The notes under the pieces are model-generated. The model searched no databases. It saw only the letters and a program-made list of their open reading frames with translations, and had not been told where the DNA came from. The translations under genes were made by a program, and so were the position numbers. This document shows positions 63,432 to 64,000 of a DNA stretch of 64,000 nucleotides, piece by piece; within the stretch, counting starts at the first letter, position 1, and every line of letters starts with the position of its first letter. Source of the DNA: Minisyncoccia bacterium (GTDB taxonomy: Bacteria > Patescibacteriota > Minisyncoccia > Phycocordibacterales > JAACPR01); assembly GCA_041740795.1 (NCBI GenBank), contig JBGSLH010000012.1, positions 19,146 to 83,145 of the forward strand, read 5' to 3'.

Positions 63432-64000
63432 ATGGCAAATCGGCACCTTTCAAGATCCATCGTTCTGCAAACTCTTTTTGAGTGGGATTTTAATACATCA
63501 AAAACGAACGATGCTATTGATGCGCTTCTGCGCAATATTGCCGAATTTGCGGACAATTCTGCAGATCTTGAATTTATGAAAAGCCTAATGACGGGTGTGA
63601 TTGCAAAAGTTGAGGATCTCAACTCGATCATCAACAAGGCTGCACCCGAATGGCCAATCGATAAGATCTCAACAGTTGATAGAAATGTTTTACGAATGGG
63701 GCTGTATGAGCTTCTTTTTTCTGATCGTGAAGAAGTTCCACCAAAGGTTGCTATCAATGAAGCGATCGAGCTCGCAAAAAGCTTCGGAGGTGAGAATAGT
63801 GGAAAGTTCGTGAACGGAGTTCTCGGTGCCGTATACAAGGAGATCGGCGAACCAGGAAAGGATCAAGGAGCTTCTCGTAAAAAAGAACTAACCTTCGAAG
63901 AAATGCCGATCGAGAAAAAAGTAGGTGCGGTCGTATATGCCAAAGACGGCAACGATCTGTACTTTGCACTCGTGCATGACGTATTTGGACACTGGACTCT
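63432..64000 (+). CDS. nusB: Transcription antitermination factor NusB, continuing into a Nudix-like segment; 3' end beyond the window
   Basis: My own translation: MANRHLSRSIVLQTLFEWDF...VDRNVLRMGLYELLF...VAINEAIELAKSFGGENSGKFVNGVLGAV, then KKVGAVVYAKDGNDLYFALVHDVFGHWT. It has no stop in the window, so it is absent from the ORF track. Confidence 0.8.
   Translation, partial: MANRHLSRSIVLQTLFEWDFNTSKTNDAIDALLRNIAEFADNSADLEFMKSLMTGVIAKVEDLNSIINKAAPEWPIDKISTVDRNVLRMGLYELLFSDREEVPPKVAINEAIELAKSFGGENSGKFVNGVLGAVYKEIGEPGKDQGASRKKELTFEEMPIEKKVGAVVYAKDGNDLYFALVHDVFGHWT

Noticed and set aside
63425-63838. 137-aa minus-strand ORF
   Set aside because: It is antisense to a clear NusB-encoding frame that is missing from the track only because it has no stop inside the window.
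1-64000. Alternative genetic code (UGA recoded, as in some CPR lineages)
   Set aside because: Full-length conserved proteins terminate at TGA (for example gyrA and the GIY-YIG gene). No conserved gene is broken by in-frame TGA.

Overview
Gene-dense, low-GC 64-kb window of a streamlined bacterial genome. The content points to a Candidate Phyla Radiation / Patescibacteria (Parcubacteria-like) organism; this is inference only. Supporting content: short ValRS, ThrRS and IF-2, FtsA-FtsZ, a type IV pilin, a sortase, an array of VirB2/TrbC-like mini membrane proteins, mostly CCA-less tRNAs and no biosynthetic operons. The standard code applies, since TGA is used as a stop. I support about 60 CDS, 8 tRNAs (Arg-CCU, Phe-GAA, Glu-UUC, Lys-CUU, Leu-UAA, Leu-UAG, Cys-GCA, Tyr-GUA), two tRNA fragments and an RNase P RNA that lies under two spurious ORF calls. 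Housekeeping genes: tyrS, murJ, lepA, valS, tsaD, trxB, ftsZ, ftsA, ybeY, lepB, pth, rpsA, gyrA, rbfA, infB, clpB, thrS, dnaE, rnhB, rpmF, nusB. Accessory content: an SF2 helicase with four tandem zinc-ribbon modules; a Fic toxin with a convergent VbhA-like antitoxin; RelB/RelE; an orphan MazF; a GIY-YIG gene; six tandem VirB2/TrbC-like genes; and a sortase with a VPYTG-type substrate. Most notable is a superfamily of GC-rich hairpin repeats (outer arms CGTCAT[T/C]CCCGC .. GCGGG[A/G]ATCCAG) in at least 8 copies. Two exact 29-bp inverted copies bracket the GIY-YIG gene, one ORF-less doublet lies nearby, and expanded copies sit in intergenic regions. Two composite ~110-bp palindromes are inserted in frame, in the same orientation and reading frame, inside the essential genes tsaD and rnhB. 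This resembles Rickettsia palindromic elements and suggests a nuclease-associated REP-like system. Other recurring signals: leaderless promoters (extended -10 box 6-8 nt before the ATG), a conserved GAGC-GAA-GCGA hairpin with variable basal stems, heptad TTAGC repeats after stop codons, and a 93/96-nt repeat abutting two tRNA 3' ends.
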